From Thermofilum adornatum (lineage in GTDB: Archaea; Thermoproteota; Thermoprotei; Thermofilales; Thermofilaceae), in contig NC_022093.1 in assembly GCF_000446015.1 (NCBI RefSeq), positions 1,080,001-1,112,000 on the forward strand: a stretch of 32,000 nucleotides of DNA, read 5' to 3'. Both the position numbers and the translations under genes were made by a program. The notes beneath the pieces were generated by a model, which worked only from the letters and a program-made list of their open reading frames with translations, ran no database searches and had not been told where the DNA came from. Each line of letters begins with the position of its first letter. The stretch's first letter is position 1. Shown one piece after another: positions 1 through 8,451 of the stretch.

Positions 1-566
1 TGGTCATATGACTTTACCTCGGCTTTTCCCTTCAAGTTATTATTTGCCCACTCTTCCTGTATCGTCCCAAGTTGGACTCCTATCTTTTTCCCGTATAGAT
101 CCTGCTCGCTCTTTATATTTGCGTTCTGTAGGGTAACCACGGCATAGCCTTTACTAGTATAGTATGGGATCGAGAAATCCACAACCTTCTCTCTTTCAGC
201 CGTGGGAGTCATATCCGCGATAACTATATCAACGTCACCATTCTTCAGCGCCTCTATCAACCCGGCAAACTTCATGTCCTTTATCTCGAGTGAAACGCCC
301 AGCTCCTGGGCTATTCTCTTAGCTATCTCTATGTCTATCCCTGCGTAGTTATGATTTGCATCTACATACTCGAATGGCGGCCAGTCTGCACTCGTCCCTA
401 CAATAAGCTTCCCACGAGCTTTGATTTTGTCAATATAGTTCTGTGCTTGCTGTTTCGAACTATATCCTAGTAGCCCGTATGTTGCTAGGCCTCCTACCAG
501 TAGACCAACTATAAAAATTGCAAGCATATTTGGTAGGCTCTTAAAGTTTTTTATTTTTTGGCTCAT
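1..566 (-). CDS. Amino-acid ABC transporter substrate-binding protein (family-3 SBP), N-terminal part only; the 3' end lies beyond the window start
   Basis: Absent from the ORF track because no stop codon lies in the window. Reverse-strand translation from the ATG (complement of 564-566) gives MSQKIKNFKSLPNMLAIFIVGLLVGGLATYGLLGYSS...KARGKLIVGTSADWPPFEYVDA...GIDIEIAKRIAQELG...KFAGLIEALKNGDVDIVIADMTPTAEREKVVDFSIPYY. This is an N-terminal TM anchor followed by typical polar-amino-acid SBP motifs. Confidence 0.7.
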   Translation of the reverse strand, partial: MSQKIKNFKSLPNMLAIFIVGLLVGGLATYGLLGYSSKQQAQNYIDKIKARGKLIVGTSADWPPFEYVDANHNYAGIDIEIAKRIAQELGVSLEIKDMKFAGLIEALKNGDVDIVIADMTPTAEREKVVDFSIPYYTSKGYAVVTLQNANIKSEQDLYGKKIGVQLGTIQEEWANNNLKGKAEVKSYD

Positions 567-672
567 GGCTATCAGAAAAGTTGTTAGTGATCTAGCTTTA
601 TAAACTTTTTTATTCATTAAAGATTTTTCAAATAGATAAAAATCCTCAATATTTAGGACATTTCCAGAAAAA

Positions 673-681
673 CATATTAAT
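673..681 (+). promoter_or_regulatory. TATA-like box (catattaat) for the 703-1386 gene
   Basis: A/T-rich octamer 22-30 nt upstream of the ATG at 703, the spacing expected for a leaderless archaeal transcript. The palindromic TTTATAAA at 597-604 could serve the divergent gene that starts at 566. Confidence 0.3.
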
Positions 682-702
682 CCAAGACATTCAATAAGCG
701 AT

Positions 703-1386
703 ATGTCCAGACGTGAGGGCGTCTCTTACTATGTCCGCTTGGCTCTACTCTCGCGCCCATACGTGTTGATAGCTCTCCAGCAAGGAATAATAAACTACTC
801 AGCCCTTGCAAAGCTCATACACGGCGATGTAGAAAAAATCGCTGGGCGGAGCTTCACAAAAACCTCGATAAAAATGGCTGTCCTCAGGGTAGCTAAGTCA
901 ATGCTCGAGACAATACCTCCAACCCTCAGGCTCTCTAGGGTTCTCTCAAGTAGCTCCCTAAGAGTCTACCATGACTTAAGTGTTCTCTCGGTACCAAACA
1001 GCACTTTCCACACAAAAATTGAAAAAATGTTTGCTAGCGGCTCATTGTCCAAGACAAGTGTTCTCCACGTGATAAAGGGCGAAACAGCAGTCACGATAAT
1101 AACTGACACTGAAGCCGCTGAAAGAATAGTTTCAATCCTCACCAAGGAAGAAATACTCAGACACCTCAGAAACCAGGCGGCGATAGTACTCACAGGACCT
1201 CCAGAAATATTGACGACCCCCGGAATCGTCTCGCTAGTCTCAATGTCTATAGCAGTTCGAGGCGTAAACCTCACAGAAATTGTTTCGTGCCACAGGGACA
1301 TTATATTAATAGTTGAGGGAAGCGACCTATCTATGGCCTATGACACTCTTAGAACACTACTAGAGTGGGCAAAAACACAGCTCTAA
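703..1386 (+). CDS. Conserved hypothetical protein; possible N-terminal HTH-like region plus C-terminal ACT-like ligand-binding domain
   Basis: 227-aa ORF with an ATG start. The C-terminal segment AAIVLTGPPEILTTPGIVSLVSMSIAVRGVNLTEIVSCHRDIILIVEGSDLSMAYDTLRTLL resembles ACT (ACT_7-type) domains. The rest is not recognised. Confidence 0.35.
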   Translation: MSRREGVSYYVRLALLSRPYVLIALQQGIINYSALAKLIHGDVEKIAGRSFTKTSIKMAVLRVAKSMLETIPPTLRLSRVLSSSSLRVYHDLSVLSVPNSTFHTKIEKMFASGSLSKTSVLHVIKGETAVTIITDTEAAERIVSILTKEEILRHLRNQAAIVLTGPPEILTTPGIVSLVSMSIAVRGVNLTEIVSCHRDIILIVEGSDLSMAYDTLRTLLEWAKTQL

Positions 1387-1401
1387 AAAACTTCTACCGT
1401 T

Positions 1402-2292
1402 CTACTGTTCCCCAGCACTAGATGTGTCCTGGCTTTCGCCATTCTTTTTTTCCAGCATCGAGATAACGCTGTCGGCAAGTACTTCGAACGCCTTGGTAGC
1501 CTCTGCATCTGGGTATGCAATTACAAATGGGACACCCCCGTCAACGGCTTCATTTATCCGTGGATCCAAGGGTATCTCTGCCAGAATCTTTACGTTCATC
1601 TCTTCGGAAAGCTTCTCGGCACCACCCTTTCCAAAGATATAATGCTTTGTCCCGCATACGGGGCAAACAAAATAGGCCATGTTTGTGACAACGCCTAGCA
1701 ATGGCATTTTTACTTCTTGGCAGAAAGATATTGCCTTCTTGACGACTATCCTTGTCAAGTCGCTGGGAGTGGTCACGACGATAGCTCCGCTGAGATCCTT
1801 TATGAGCTGGGCGATGGTTAGTGGCTCGTCTCCGGTGCCTGGCGGAAGGTCGACCAATAGGAAGTCTAGTGGGCCCCAAGCAACCATGGATAAGAGCTCC
1901 CTTATGAATGAGGTCTTTAGGGGTCCCCGCCACACAAGGGCTGTTTCCTCGCTTGGAACCATCAGGTCTGAGGACACTATTTTTACGTTCCCAACTCCTA
2001 CAAGGGGCATTAGGCCTGCCGGGCCCGCGTAGATAACTTGCCCATGGACACCGAACATTTTTGGTATTGATGGTCCATGAACGTCGGCGTCGAGTATGCC
2101 TACCTCGTAACCCTTCTTTGCAAGGGTAGCAGCCAGATTAGCAGTTACAAGGGATTTTCCTACACCGCCCTTTCCACTCAAAACCGCTATTTTGTATTTT
2201 ATCTGGCTTAATCGCTTCCTTGCCTCCTCCTCTTGTTCTCTTATCTTTTTTAAGGCTTCTATCCTCATTTGTCTCTCTTTTTCTGCACTCAT
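1402..2292 (-). CDS. Mrp/NBP35/ApbC-family ATP-binding Fe-S cluster carrier protein
   Basis: Deviant Walker A motif KIAVLSGKGGVGKS, ILDADVHGPSIPKMFG, LLVDLPPGTGDE and a CPVCG CxxC motif. The length (296 aa) is typical for the family. Confidence 0.85.
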   Translation of the reverse strand: MSAEKERQMRIEALKKIREQEEEARKRLSQIKYKIAVLSGKGGVGKSLVTANLAATLAKKGYEVGILDADVHGPSIPKMFGVHGQVIYAGPAGLMPLVGVGNVKIVSSDLMVPSEETALVWRGPLKTSFIRELLSMVAWGPLDFLLVDLPPGTGDEPLTIAQLIKDLSGAIVVTTPSDLTRIVVKKAISFCQEVKMPLLGVVTNMAYFVCPVCGTKHYIFGKGGAEKLSEEMNVKILAEIPLDPRINEAVDGGVPFVIAYPDAEATKAFEVLADSVISMLEKKNGESQDTSSAGEQ

Positions 2293-2354
2293 ACTTCTTC
2301 ATCTTTCTCGGCAGTATTTATGCGTTATTACAAATGTTTGACTTATAGGATATA

Positions 2355-2918
2355 TTAGACAAGGAACCCCATCCAAAAGGATATCACGAGGAAAATGAGC
2401 CAGAGAGGCATGTTCCACCGCATAACTTTGAGCCCGTCTAGTGGCCCGATTGGGAGCAGATTGAAGAATGCTATCCAGCCGTTTAGGCTAGCTATGTATA
2501 CTCCTAGTGGGCCACCTCCAATCAGTGCCACGAATCCTAGGAAGATGTTTGTTGCTGGTCCAGCGATAGAAATGATGCCATTAGTTTCTTTGTCAATCAT
2601 GATTGCATATATGTAAACCGCTCCTGGAGCGATAAACTTTATTGGTATGTATGGAATTGCTGAGAGAAGCGTCAAGAAGAACATTTCCGGGTTTATCGAG
2701 TACCTTGCCGGATAACCGAAATGCTGGGCTACAAACTTGTGGGCCAGCTCGTGGGGAACGTATATTATAAATGAAAGGAAAAATATTACCAGCCCCTCTA
2801 AGATGCTTCTTGGAAAATATTCACCTGCGAAAACGAGGAAGACGGCCAGGGTCGACAGGAACAGTTCGATGATTTCGCGCGGATAAAACATGGGGAGACG
2901 TGTGGACATAGATCTCAT
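2355..2918 (-). CDS. Site-2 protease family (peptidase M50) intramembrane metalloprotease
   Basis: Polytopic hydrophobic protein with the HExxH motif (PHELAHKF) and the downstream NLLPIGPLDG motif characteristic of M50. A TATA-like aaaaatattaattttt lies about 25 nt upstream of the ATG at 2918. Confidence 0.75.
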   Translation of the reverse strand: MRSMSTRLPMFYPREIIELFLSTLAVFLVFAGEYFPRSILEGLVIFFLSFIIYVPHELAHKFVAQHFGYPARYSINPEMFFLTLLSAIPYIPIKFIAPGAVYIYAIMIDKETNGIISIAGPATNIFLGFVALIGGGPLGVYIASLNGWIAFFNLLPIGPLDGLKVMRWNMPLWLIFLVISFWMGFLV

Positions 2919-3000
2919 AAGGTTTTTCTCTCCAAAAATATTAATTTTTCGTGGTCATCTCTGAGTAAAGTTTAAAATTGTGTAAATATCCAAGGCTCCT

Positions 3001-4083
3001 GTGAAACTGACAAGACGCCACTTTATATACCTAGCAGGAGCCGTCGCTGTGGCAACAGCTATTGGTGGATATTACTGGCTGTCCACAAGAAGCGAAAAGA
3101 GAATACTCAAGATATACAACTATAGCTCATACATCAATCCAGACATAATCAAGGATTTTGAGGCAAAATACAATGTCAAAGTAATTTACGACGAGTACGA
3201 GTCCGCAGACGAGGCGTTCGCAAAGCTACAGCTTGGGGGCGGAGGATACGACCTAATAGTCCTAACTGACCAATACGTGCCACAGGCAGTAAAAAAGGGC
3301 TTGATTCAGCCCTTAAACAAGGAAAAAACACCTAACCTAAGAAACATCGACTCACTCTTTCTGGAAAACAGGTTTGACCCAGGGCTAAACTACTCTGTCC
3401 CCTATGCCTGGGGCACAACAGGAATAGGCATAAATACAGACTACGTCGAAGAGGGAGAAGTCAGTGGCTACGAGCAACTCTTCGACACGAAAGGCTTCCT
3501 CCCGAAACACAAGGGCAAAGTGTCCATGCTTGAGGAATTCCTAGAAGTAGTCAACGCGGCGAAGCTATACCTAGGCATACCTCTAGACGACTGGTCTGAC
3601 CAGTCTGTCCAGAAGATAATAGACCTCCTCAGGAGCCAGAGAGACTTCCTAGCAGGCTACTATGGTGCAAGTGTCTACATTCCAGCTTTAGCAAAAGGAG
3701 ACCTGCATGCCGCGCAGGCCTGGAGCGGAGACGTTGTCCAGGCACAAAGCGAGAACCAGAAGGTCAAGTATGTCCTACCAAAAGAGGGGGCATACATATG
3801 GATAGACTTTATGACTATACCCAAAAATTCGAAGGCACCCGACCTGGCACATCTCTGGATAAACTATATGCTTGACCCAGAGGTTGCTGCAAAAAATGTT
3901 AACTACATATATTATCCCTCGCCTCTAAGGAAGGAGCTCCTCAGGGGACTAGTAGATGAACAGATTCTCAGCAACCCCGCTATTTATCCGCCTGAAACAG
4001 CCAAACTTATACAGACGATGCCGATAAGCGAAGAAATTCTAAGCATAATTGAGCAAATAAGCACGGCGGTCAAGAAGGTCTAA
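3001..4083 (+). CDS. potD: Spermidine/putrescine-type ABC transporter substrate-binding protein (PotD family) with a twin-arginine-like N-terminus
   Basis: GTG start. The N-terminus is MKLTRRHFIYLAGAVAVATAIGGYYWL (TRRHFI followed by a hydrophobic segment). Body motifs LKIYNYSSYINPD, YSVPYAWGTTGIGINT and AWSGD are typical of PotD/PotF SBPs. The gene lies next to potABC. Confidence 0.8.
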   Translation: MKLTRRHFIYLAGAVAVATAIGGYYWLSTRSEKRILKIYNYSSYINPDIIKDFEAKYNVKVIYDEYESADEAFAKLQLGGGGYDLIVLTDQYVPQAVKKGLIQPLNKEKTPNLRNIDSLFLENRFDPGLNYSVPYAWGTTGIGINTDYVEEGEVSGYEQLFDTKGFLPKHKGKVSMLEEFLEVVNAAKLYLGIPLDDWSDQSVQKIIDLLRSQRDFLAGYYGASVYIPALAKGDLHAAQAWSGDVVQAQSENQKVKYVLPKEGAYIWIDFMTIPKNSKAPDLAHLWINYMLDPEVAAKNVNYIYYPSPLRKELLRGLVDEQILSNPAIYPPETAKLIQTMPISEEILSIIEQISTAVKKV

Positions 4084-4086
4084 AAA

Positions 4087-4866
4087 CTATTTTTCTATGC
4101 TTGATAATGTTTGCTTCGAGTAGATATAGCTTGCAACCAAAGATACAAGTATCATTATAGCAGCCAACGCGTTTAGCTCAGAGGTAGCTCTGCCACGGGC
4201 GGCACGTGACCAAATAACAAGTGGCAATGTTTTGAATCCTGGACCTGTCGTGAAGGCGGTTTTAACAAAATCGTCGAAAGACATGGCGAAGGTTATGAGG
4301 AGAGAGGCGATTATGCCTGGCAACGCCAGTGGGAAATACACCCTGACAAAAACATCGAAGGGTTTTGCCCCAAGCGTGTAGGCAGCCTCCTCCATGCTCC
4401 TAGAAGTTACCTGGAACTGCGGCTTTAAAGCTACGTATGCATAGGAAACATTATAAGCTGTGTGCCCAATGAGCACTGTCCAGAAGCCGAGCTCTACACC
4501 GGCATAGTAGTATAGCATCAGCAGGGAGACCGACTCTACTATCTCGGGTATAACAATTGGTGCGTAAAAGAAGCTATCAACAAATTTTTCTTGTCTCTTT
4601 GAAAAATAGTATGCGGCGAGCCCCCCTAGAACGGTCGATATGATGGCGGATAGGATAGCTACGGATAAGCCGTTTACCATTGCGTTAAATATCTCTTGGT
4701 CTCTCAGCAACTCGAAGTACCAGTTGAGTGTAAAGCCTTTCCATTCTCCTGGATACTTGGCAGAATTAAATGACTGAACGATGATGTATAACAGGGGGAC
4801 GTAGAGAAAAGCCAGCAATACAAAGACGTATATCTTGAGGACGCCTCTAAGCCTCAAGCTCGACAC
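4087..4866 (-). CDS. potC: Spermidine/putrescine ABC transporter permease
   Basis: 259-aa polytopic protein with the EAA-loop region SMEEAAYTLGAKPFDVFVRVYFPLALPG. GTG start that overlaps potB by 20 nt. Confidence 0.8.
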   Translation of the reverse strand: MSSLRLRGVLKIYVFVLLAFLYVPLLYIIVQSFNSAKYPGEWKGFTLNWYFELLRDQEIFNAMVNGLSVAILSAIISTVLGGLAAYYFSKRQEKFVDSFFYAPIVIPEIVESVSLLMLYYYAGVELGFWTVLIGHTAYNVSYAYVALKPQFQVTSRSMEEAAYTLGAKPFDVFVRVYFPLALPGIIASLLITFAMSFDDFVKTAFTTGPGFKTLPLVIWSRAARGRATSELNALAAIMILVSLVASYIYSKQTLSSIEK

Positions 4867-5623
4867 CCCACTTCATATACACATAGACAGCTAGTATGGA
4901 GACAAGCGTAATAAGTAGGGCGAGAATGCTTCCAGCCACCCAGTTCCTGTACTTCAAGAAAAGATCCCAGATCAAGAAGCCCACAGTGTATCCATAAACT
5001 CCTCCAAGCATAGCTGGGACAACAAACTCCGTAAAAGACATCAAGTAGACAAGTGTTACACCGGAAAAGATGCCCGGCAAAGAGACCGGGAGCAGAACAC
5101 GGAAGACCGTCTGGTGGGGCCTAGCACCCAAAGTCTCTGCAGCTTCGAGGAGTCTCTCTTCTACCCTCTCGAATGTCGAGTAGACTGGTAGGAGCATTAA
5201 GGGGAGGTACTCGTAGGTCATCCCTATGATTATTGCTAGAAAACTGTTTGCCAGGCCAATCAGTGAAAAAACATTCATCAATGCGTATGCCTTCAAGAGG
5301 AAGTTTACAAGCATCGGCACAGTGAAGGCGACGAGATAATTGTTCTTTTGCGCCTCGTCCTTAACATAGAAAGCCAAATAATATGCCGCAGGTATTGACA
5401 AGGAAAGAGTAGTCAAAGTTACTACAAGGGCTATGAAGCCTGAGTAGCCAATAATCGACAAATAGTCGGGATTAAGTAGTACCTGTCTATATGTCTCGAC
5501 TCCGCCACTGCGCAGGCTCTCGATTGCCATGAGAACAATCGGCAGGTAAAAAGTGACAACGACGTAAACTATGGGCAAGGAGGCTATAAGCCTGAAGCCA
5601 GAAAAAGCACTCTTTGAGGACAC
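4847..5623 (-). CDS. potB: Spermidine/putrescine ABC transporter permease
   Basis: 258-aa polytopic protein with the EAA loop LLEAAETLGARPHQTVFRVLLPVSLPG. GTG start directly abutting the potA stop codon. Confidence 0.8.
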   Translation of the reverse strand: MSSKSAFSGFRLIASLPIVYVVVTFYLPIVLMAIESLRSGGVETYRQVLLNPDYLSIIGYSGFIALVVTLTTLSLSIPAAYYLAFYVKDEAQKNNYLVAFTVPMLVNFLLKAYALMNVFSLIGLANSFLAIIIGMTYEYLPLMLLPVYSTFERVEERLLEAAETLGARPHQTVFRVLLPVSLPGIFSGVTLVYLMSFTEFVVPAMLGGVYGYTVGFLIWDLFLKYRNWVAGSILALLITLVSILAVYVYMKWGVELEA

Positions 5624-6712
5624 TTATGCCTCCTCACTAAAAAGCACTAAGTCATCGAGACTTATAAAGACTTCAACTTCTTTTTTCTCCTGTAGCTTCT
5701 GGGCCTCATAGCTAGGAACCAGTGCTTCCAGCGATAGGTCTCCGTAGCCGTCAAGGATAACCTTTGTGAGTGGCCCAAGGAAGACCTTGTCGACAACACT
5801 AAGCTTTAAACTTGCATATTTCCCGTTGCTGAACGGAGAAAATGTAAGATGCTCTGGTCTCACAAAGATCCAAACGTCTCCCGTGTACCCCCTAAACCTT
5901 TCTGACACTGTGGACAGGTCTATCTTCGAATTCTTGAGCTCCACAACCCCATCTACGGCCCTAGCCCTTACCACGTTGGCCTCGCCTAGAAAAGTCGCTA
6001 CAAACATGTTTGCAGGTCTCCTATACACCTCGTCAGGTGTGCCTACCTGCTGTACAACTCCGTCACGTATAACTGCAAGCCTGTCAGAGAGCATCATCGC
6101 TTCATTCTGGTCGTGTGTAACATATATCGTGGTGACACCTGTCTCTCTCTGAAGCCTCTTAAGCTCCCTGATCAGTTCAAGCCTGACCTTGTAGTCTAGA
6201 TGGCTGAAGGGCTCGTCGAGAAGCAAGACTTTCGGGTCTCTTGCCAACGCTCTGGCAAGCGCCACTCTCTGTTGTTGCCCACCACTTAACTGCTGGATCT
6301 TCCTGTGGGCATACACTTCGTAGGGTAGACGGACAAGCTCGAGAACCTCGCGAACCTTGCGTTCAATGTAGTCCTTCGGCCGCCCCGTGACCTCGAGCCC
6401 AAACGCCACGTTCTTGTAGACAGTCAAGTGAGGGAAAAGCGCTAGGTCCTGAAAGACCATCCCTATATCTCGCTCATAGGTAGGCTTATATGTGACATCT
6501 TCGTCGTCGAAAAATATTCTTCCCCTGTCGGGGAGAAGCAGGCCGGCGATAATTCTCAGAAGGGTTGTTTTGCCGCAGCCGGACGGTCCAAGAATAGTGA
6601 AAAGTTCTCCACGGTTTATGGTAAGCGAGACGCCTCGGAGAGCATCAGTTCTACCGCGATCAAGGTATGTCTTCGACACGTCCCGGATTCTAACTTCTAC
6701 ACCCCTAGACAT
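5624..6712 (-). CDS. potA: Spermidine/putrescine ABC transporter ATP-binding protein
   Basis: Walker A GPSGCGKTT, ABC signature LSGGQQQRVALARAL, Walker B LLLDEPFSHLD, H-loop VTHD, and a C-terminal TOBE-like extension. Confidence 0.9.
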   Translation of the reverse strand: MSRGVEVRIRDVSKTYLDRGRTDALRGVSLTINRGELFTILGPSGCGKTTLLRIIAGLLLPDRGRIFFDDEDVTYKPTYERDIGMVFQDLALFPHLTVYKNVAFGLEVTGRPKDYIERKVREVLELVRLPYEVYAHRKIQQLSGGQQQRVALARALARDPKVLLLDEPFSHLDYKVRLELIRELKRLQRETGVTTIYVTHDQNEAMMLSDRLAVIRDGVVQQVGTPDEVYRRPANMFVATFLGEANVVRARAVDGVVELKNSKIDLSTVSERFRGYTGDVWIFVRPEHLTFSPFSNGKYASLKLSVVDKVFLGPLTKVILDGYGDLSLEALVPSYEAQKLQEKKEVEVFISLDDLVLFSEEA

Positions 6713-6770
6713 TTTTCTGCGTGTGGCTTGTATCCAAGCTTAAAAACTTATTGCACAATATGACGGGAAA

Positions 6771-7232
6771 TCATTCCAGCTTGTAGGGTCGAAGCCGTTT
6801 TATCTCAGATAATACCTTCTCAACGAAAGCATTGACGTAGCCCCAGTTAAAGCCCCTCTCCTCTAAAACCTGCTTTACATACATCTCGGTATCCCTATAG
6901 TTCTTGAACTTCTCGTTGATCTCCCTCCACGGGATGCCCTTGAGACCATCCGCAAGCCTCTGATCAAAGGGGAGAACCCCCTTAAGCATCAAAAAAGCGA
7001 TTGACGGGTAACCGAGATACCCCTTGTACACAGAACCGTTATCATTAGAGGAAATACCTAGCCCCCCATCCCACACAACCCTATAAACCCTGCTACCATC
7101 AGAGCCAGTCACTTGGGCTTCGCGTTCACCTTTAAAAATTATCCTGCCGTCGCCAACAGCGCCCAATGCCTCCAGTACTTTTACGCGTGGTGGGACCTTC
7201 CAGGGAACCCTAGTTTCCCCTGACTTGGGCAA
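6771..7232 (-). CDS. Hypothetical protein (153 aa); start codon uncertain (TTG)
   Basis: The ORF opens at 7238 and the only start candidate near its 5' end is TTG at 7232. No family recognised. Codon usage is strongly G/T-ending, like the gene upstream of it. Confidence 0.45.
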   Translation of the reverse strand: MPKSGETRVPWKVPPRVKVLEALGAVGDGRIIFKGEREAQVTGSDGSRVYRVVWDGGLGISSNDNGSVYKGYLGYPSIAFLMLKGVLPFDQRLADGLKGIPWREINEKFKNYRDTEMYVKQVLEERGFNWGYVNAFVEKVLSEIKRLRPYKLE

Positions 7233-7291
7233 GCCAGACTACACCTATATAATGTGTTGACGTTCAAGAATATTAACCATTCTGTGGATTC

Positions 7292-8380
7292 TTATTCCGC
7301 GGGCTTCCCCAAGGGAAAGACATACAGCGGTCTCTGTTCGCCGAAAACCTCCAAAAAGTCTTCTTCGTGAAATGCGCCTATAGCCACGGTGCCCAGCCCC
7401 TCATCCACAGCATTCAGGTAGATGTTCTGACCAACAGCGCCAGCCTCAACCTCCCCTAGCAAGCCGTCCCCAAAAAGAACTATCACGGCGGCTGCCCGCC
7501 GAACAGACTCCTGCATGAGGCTGGCCCTCCAAAGCTTTTCACGGAAATCACCAGTCCTAACAAGTTCAAGCTCCATGTCTTTCGCATCGAATTCATAGAT
7601 TCCCTTATCAAGCCCCCTCACATTAAATACTGCTACGGAGCCATTTACACCATACTCCTCCCCGAACTTTAGATAGGGACGCGAACCAGCAACAATCTCC
7701 CCCATAGACCACTTCAAAACGTCCAATAGACTTTCACTGCTTATAGCTTCGCGACTATAGTTCCTTATACTCCTCCGCAAAACAACAGCAGTATCAAACA
7801 GTACCCCTTTCTCAAGAGAAAAACCCCTACAATAGCTATCCACACGTGCAACATCAACCCTAGCGGCTATGTACTGTGGCTTCCCAGGGCCAAACTCGAG
7901 CTCAACAAGCCTGACACTGCCCCACAGCCCATGACTCACAAGAGACAAGAAAAGATTCTGCAGAGCATGTCCAACCTCGTTCCTCACATACATGTAGCCC
8001 CTCTCCCCATAATACGTCACAGTCCTGCCCGGCAAAACCGAAAACAAGAAACCCTCAAAGTCCGCGTTGACGCTTGACTGGACAAGGTTGCCCGAGCAAG
8101 ACACATACTTATAGAGGCCGGTCTTCAGCGGAAAAATCCTCCCCAAAGAGGATACGTACACCTCAAGCGGGTACGTGGCACCGGCCGACGGGACAGTCCT
8201 AAATCGCCTGTCACGGCACCCCTGGACATGGAAAAGGACCCTAGACAGCCATGCCTCGTCCAGCTCGTACCTCAACGGGAGACCATTAGCTAGACACCAC
8301 AAGCACTCGCGTAGCGACGGACCCTGCCTGTTAGGAGACCCCCTCTGGCCAGACATAACAACAATACATATTGAAATCAT
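7292..8380 (-). CDS. Tandem nitroreductase-fold protein (SagB-type dehydrogenase-like N-terminal half plus nitroreductase-like C-terminal half)
   Basis: The N-terminal half has RRFRTVPSAGATYPLEVYV, the PSAG..YP.E.Y signature of SagB/ThcOx-type domains. The C-terminal half begins RRSIRNYSREAISSESLLDVLKWS (nitroreductase RRSxRxF-type motif) and ends VGQNIYLNAVDEGLGTVAIGAF. The TATA-like tatacataaatata at 8381-8394 abuts the first ATG, so the second ATG at 8356 (MSGQRG...) may be the real start. Confidence 0.7.
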   Translation of the reverse strand: MISICIVVMSGQRGSPNRQGPSLRECLWCLANGLPLRYELDEAWLSRVLFHVQGCRDRRFRTVPSAGATYPLEVYVSSLGRIFPLKTGLYKYVSCSGNLVQSSVNADFEGFLFSVLPGRTVTYYGERGYMYVRNEVGHALQNLFLSLVSHGLWGSVRLVELEFGPGKPQYIAARVDVARVDSYCRGFSLEKGVLFDTAVVLRRSIRNYSREAISSESLLDVLKWSMGEIVAGSRPYLKFGEEYGVNGSVAVFNVRGLDKGIYEFDAKDMELELVRTGDFREKLWRASLMQESVRRAAAVIVLFGDGLLGEVEAGAVGQNIYLNAVDEGLGTVAIGAFHEEDFLEVFGEQRPLYVFPLGKPAE

Positions 8381-8451
8381 TATACATAAATATACCGCTA
8401 GCCAAAAAGCCGAAACGCTAAAAACAAATCAAACCGCACCGACCCAAACAC

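Noticed and set aside
966-2032. Antisense or alternative-frame ORFs (966-1301, 1424-1642, 1550-1933, 1679-2032)
   Set aside because: They are fully nested in the ACT-like gene or the Mrp/NBP35 gene, whose frames carry diagnostic motifs. Their translations are Ser/Arg/Pro-rich and look like noise.
7292-8380. SagB-type dehydrogenase as a marker of a thiazole/oxazole-modified peptide (TOMM/RiPP) gene cluster
   Set aside because: No YcaO cyclodehydratase, precursor-like small Cys/Ser/Thr-rich ORF, protease or dedicated exporter flanks it. Stand-alone double nitroreductase proteins are common.
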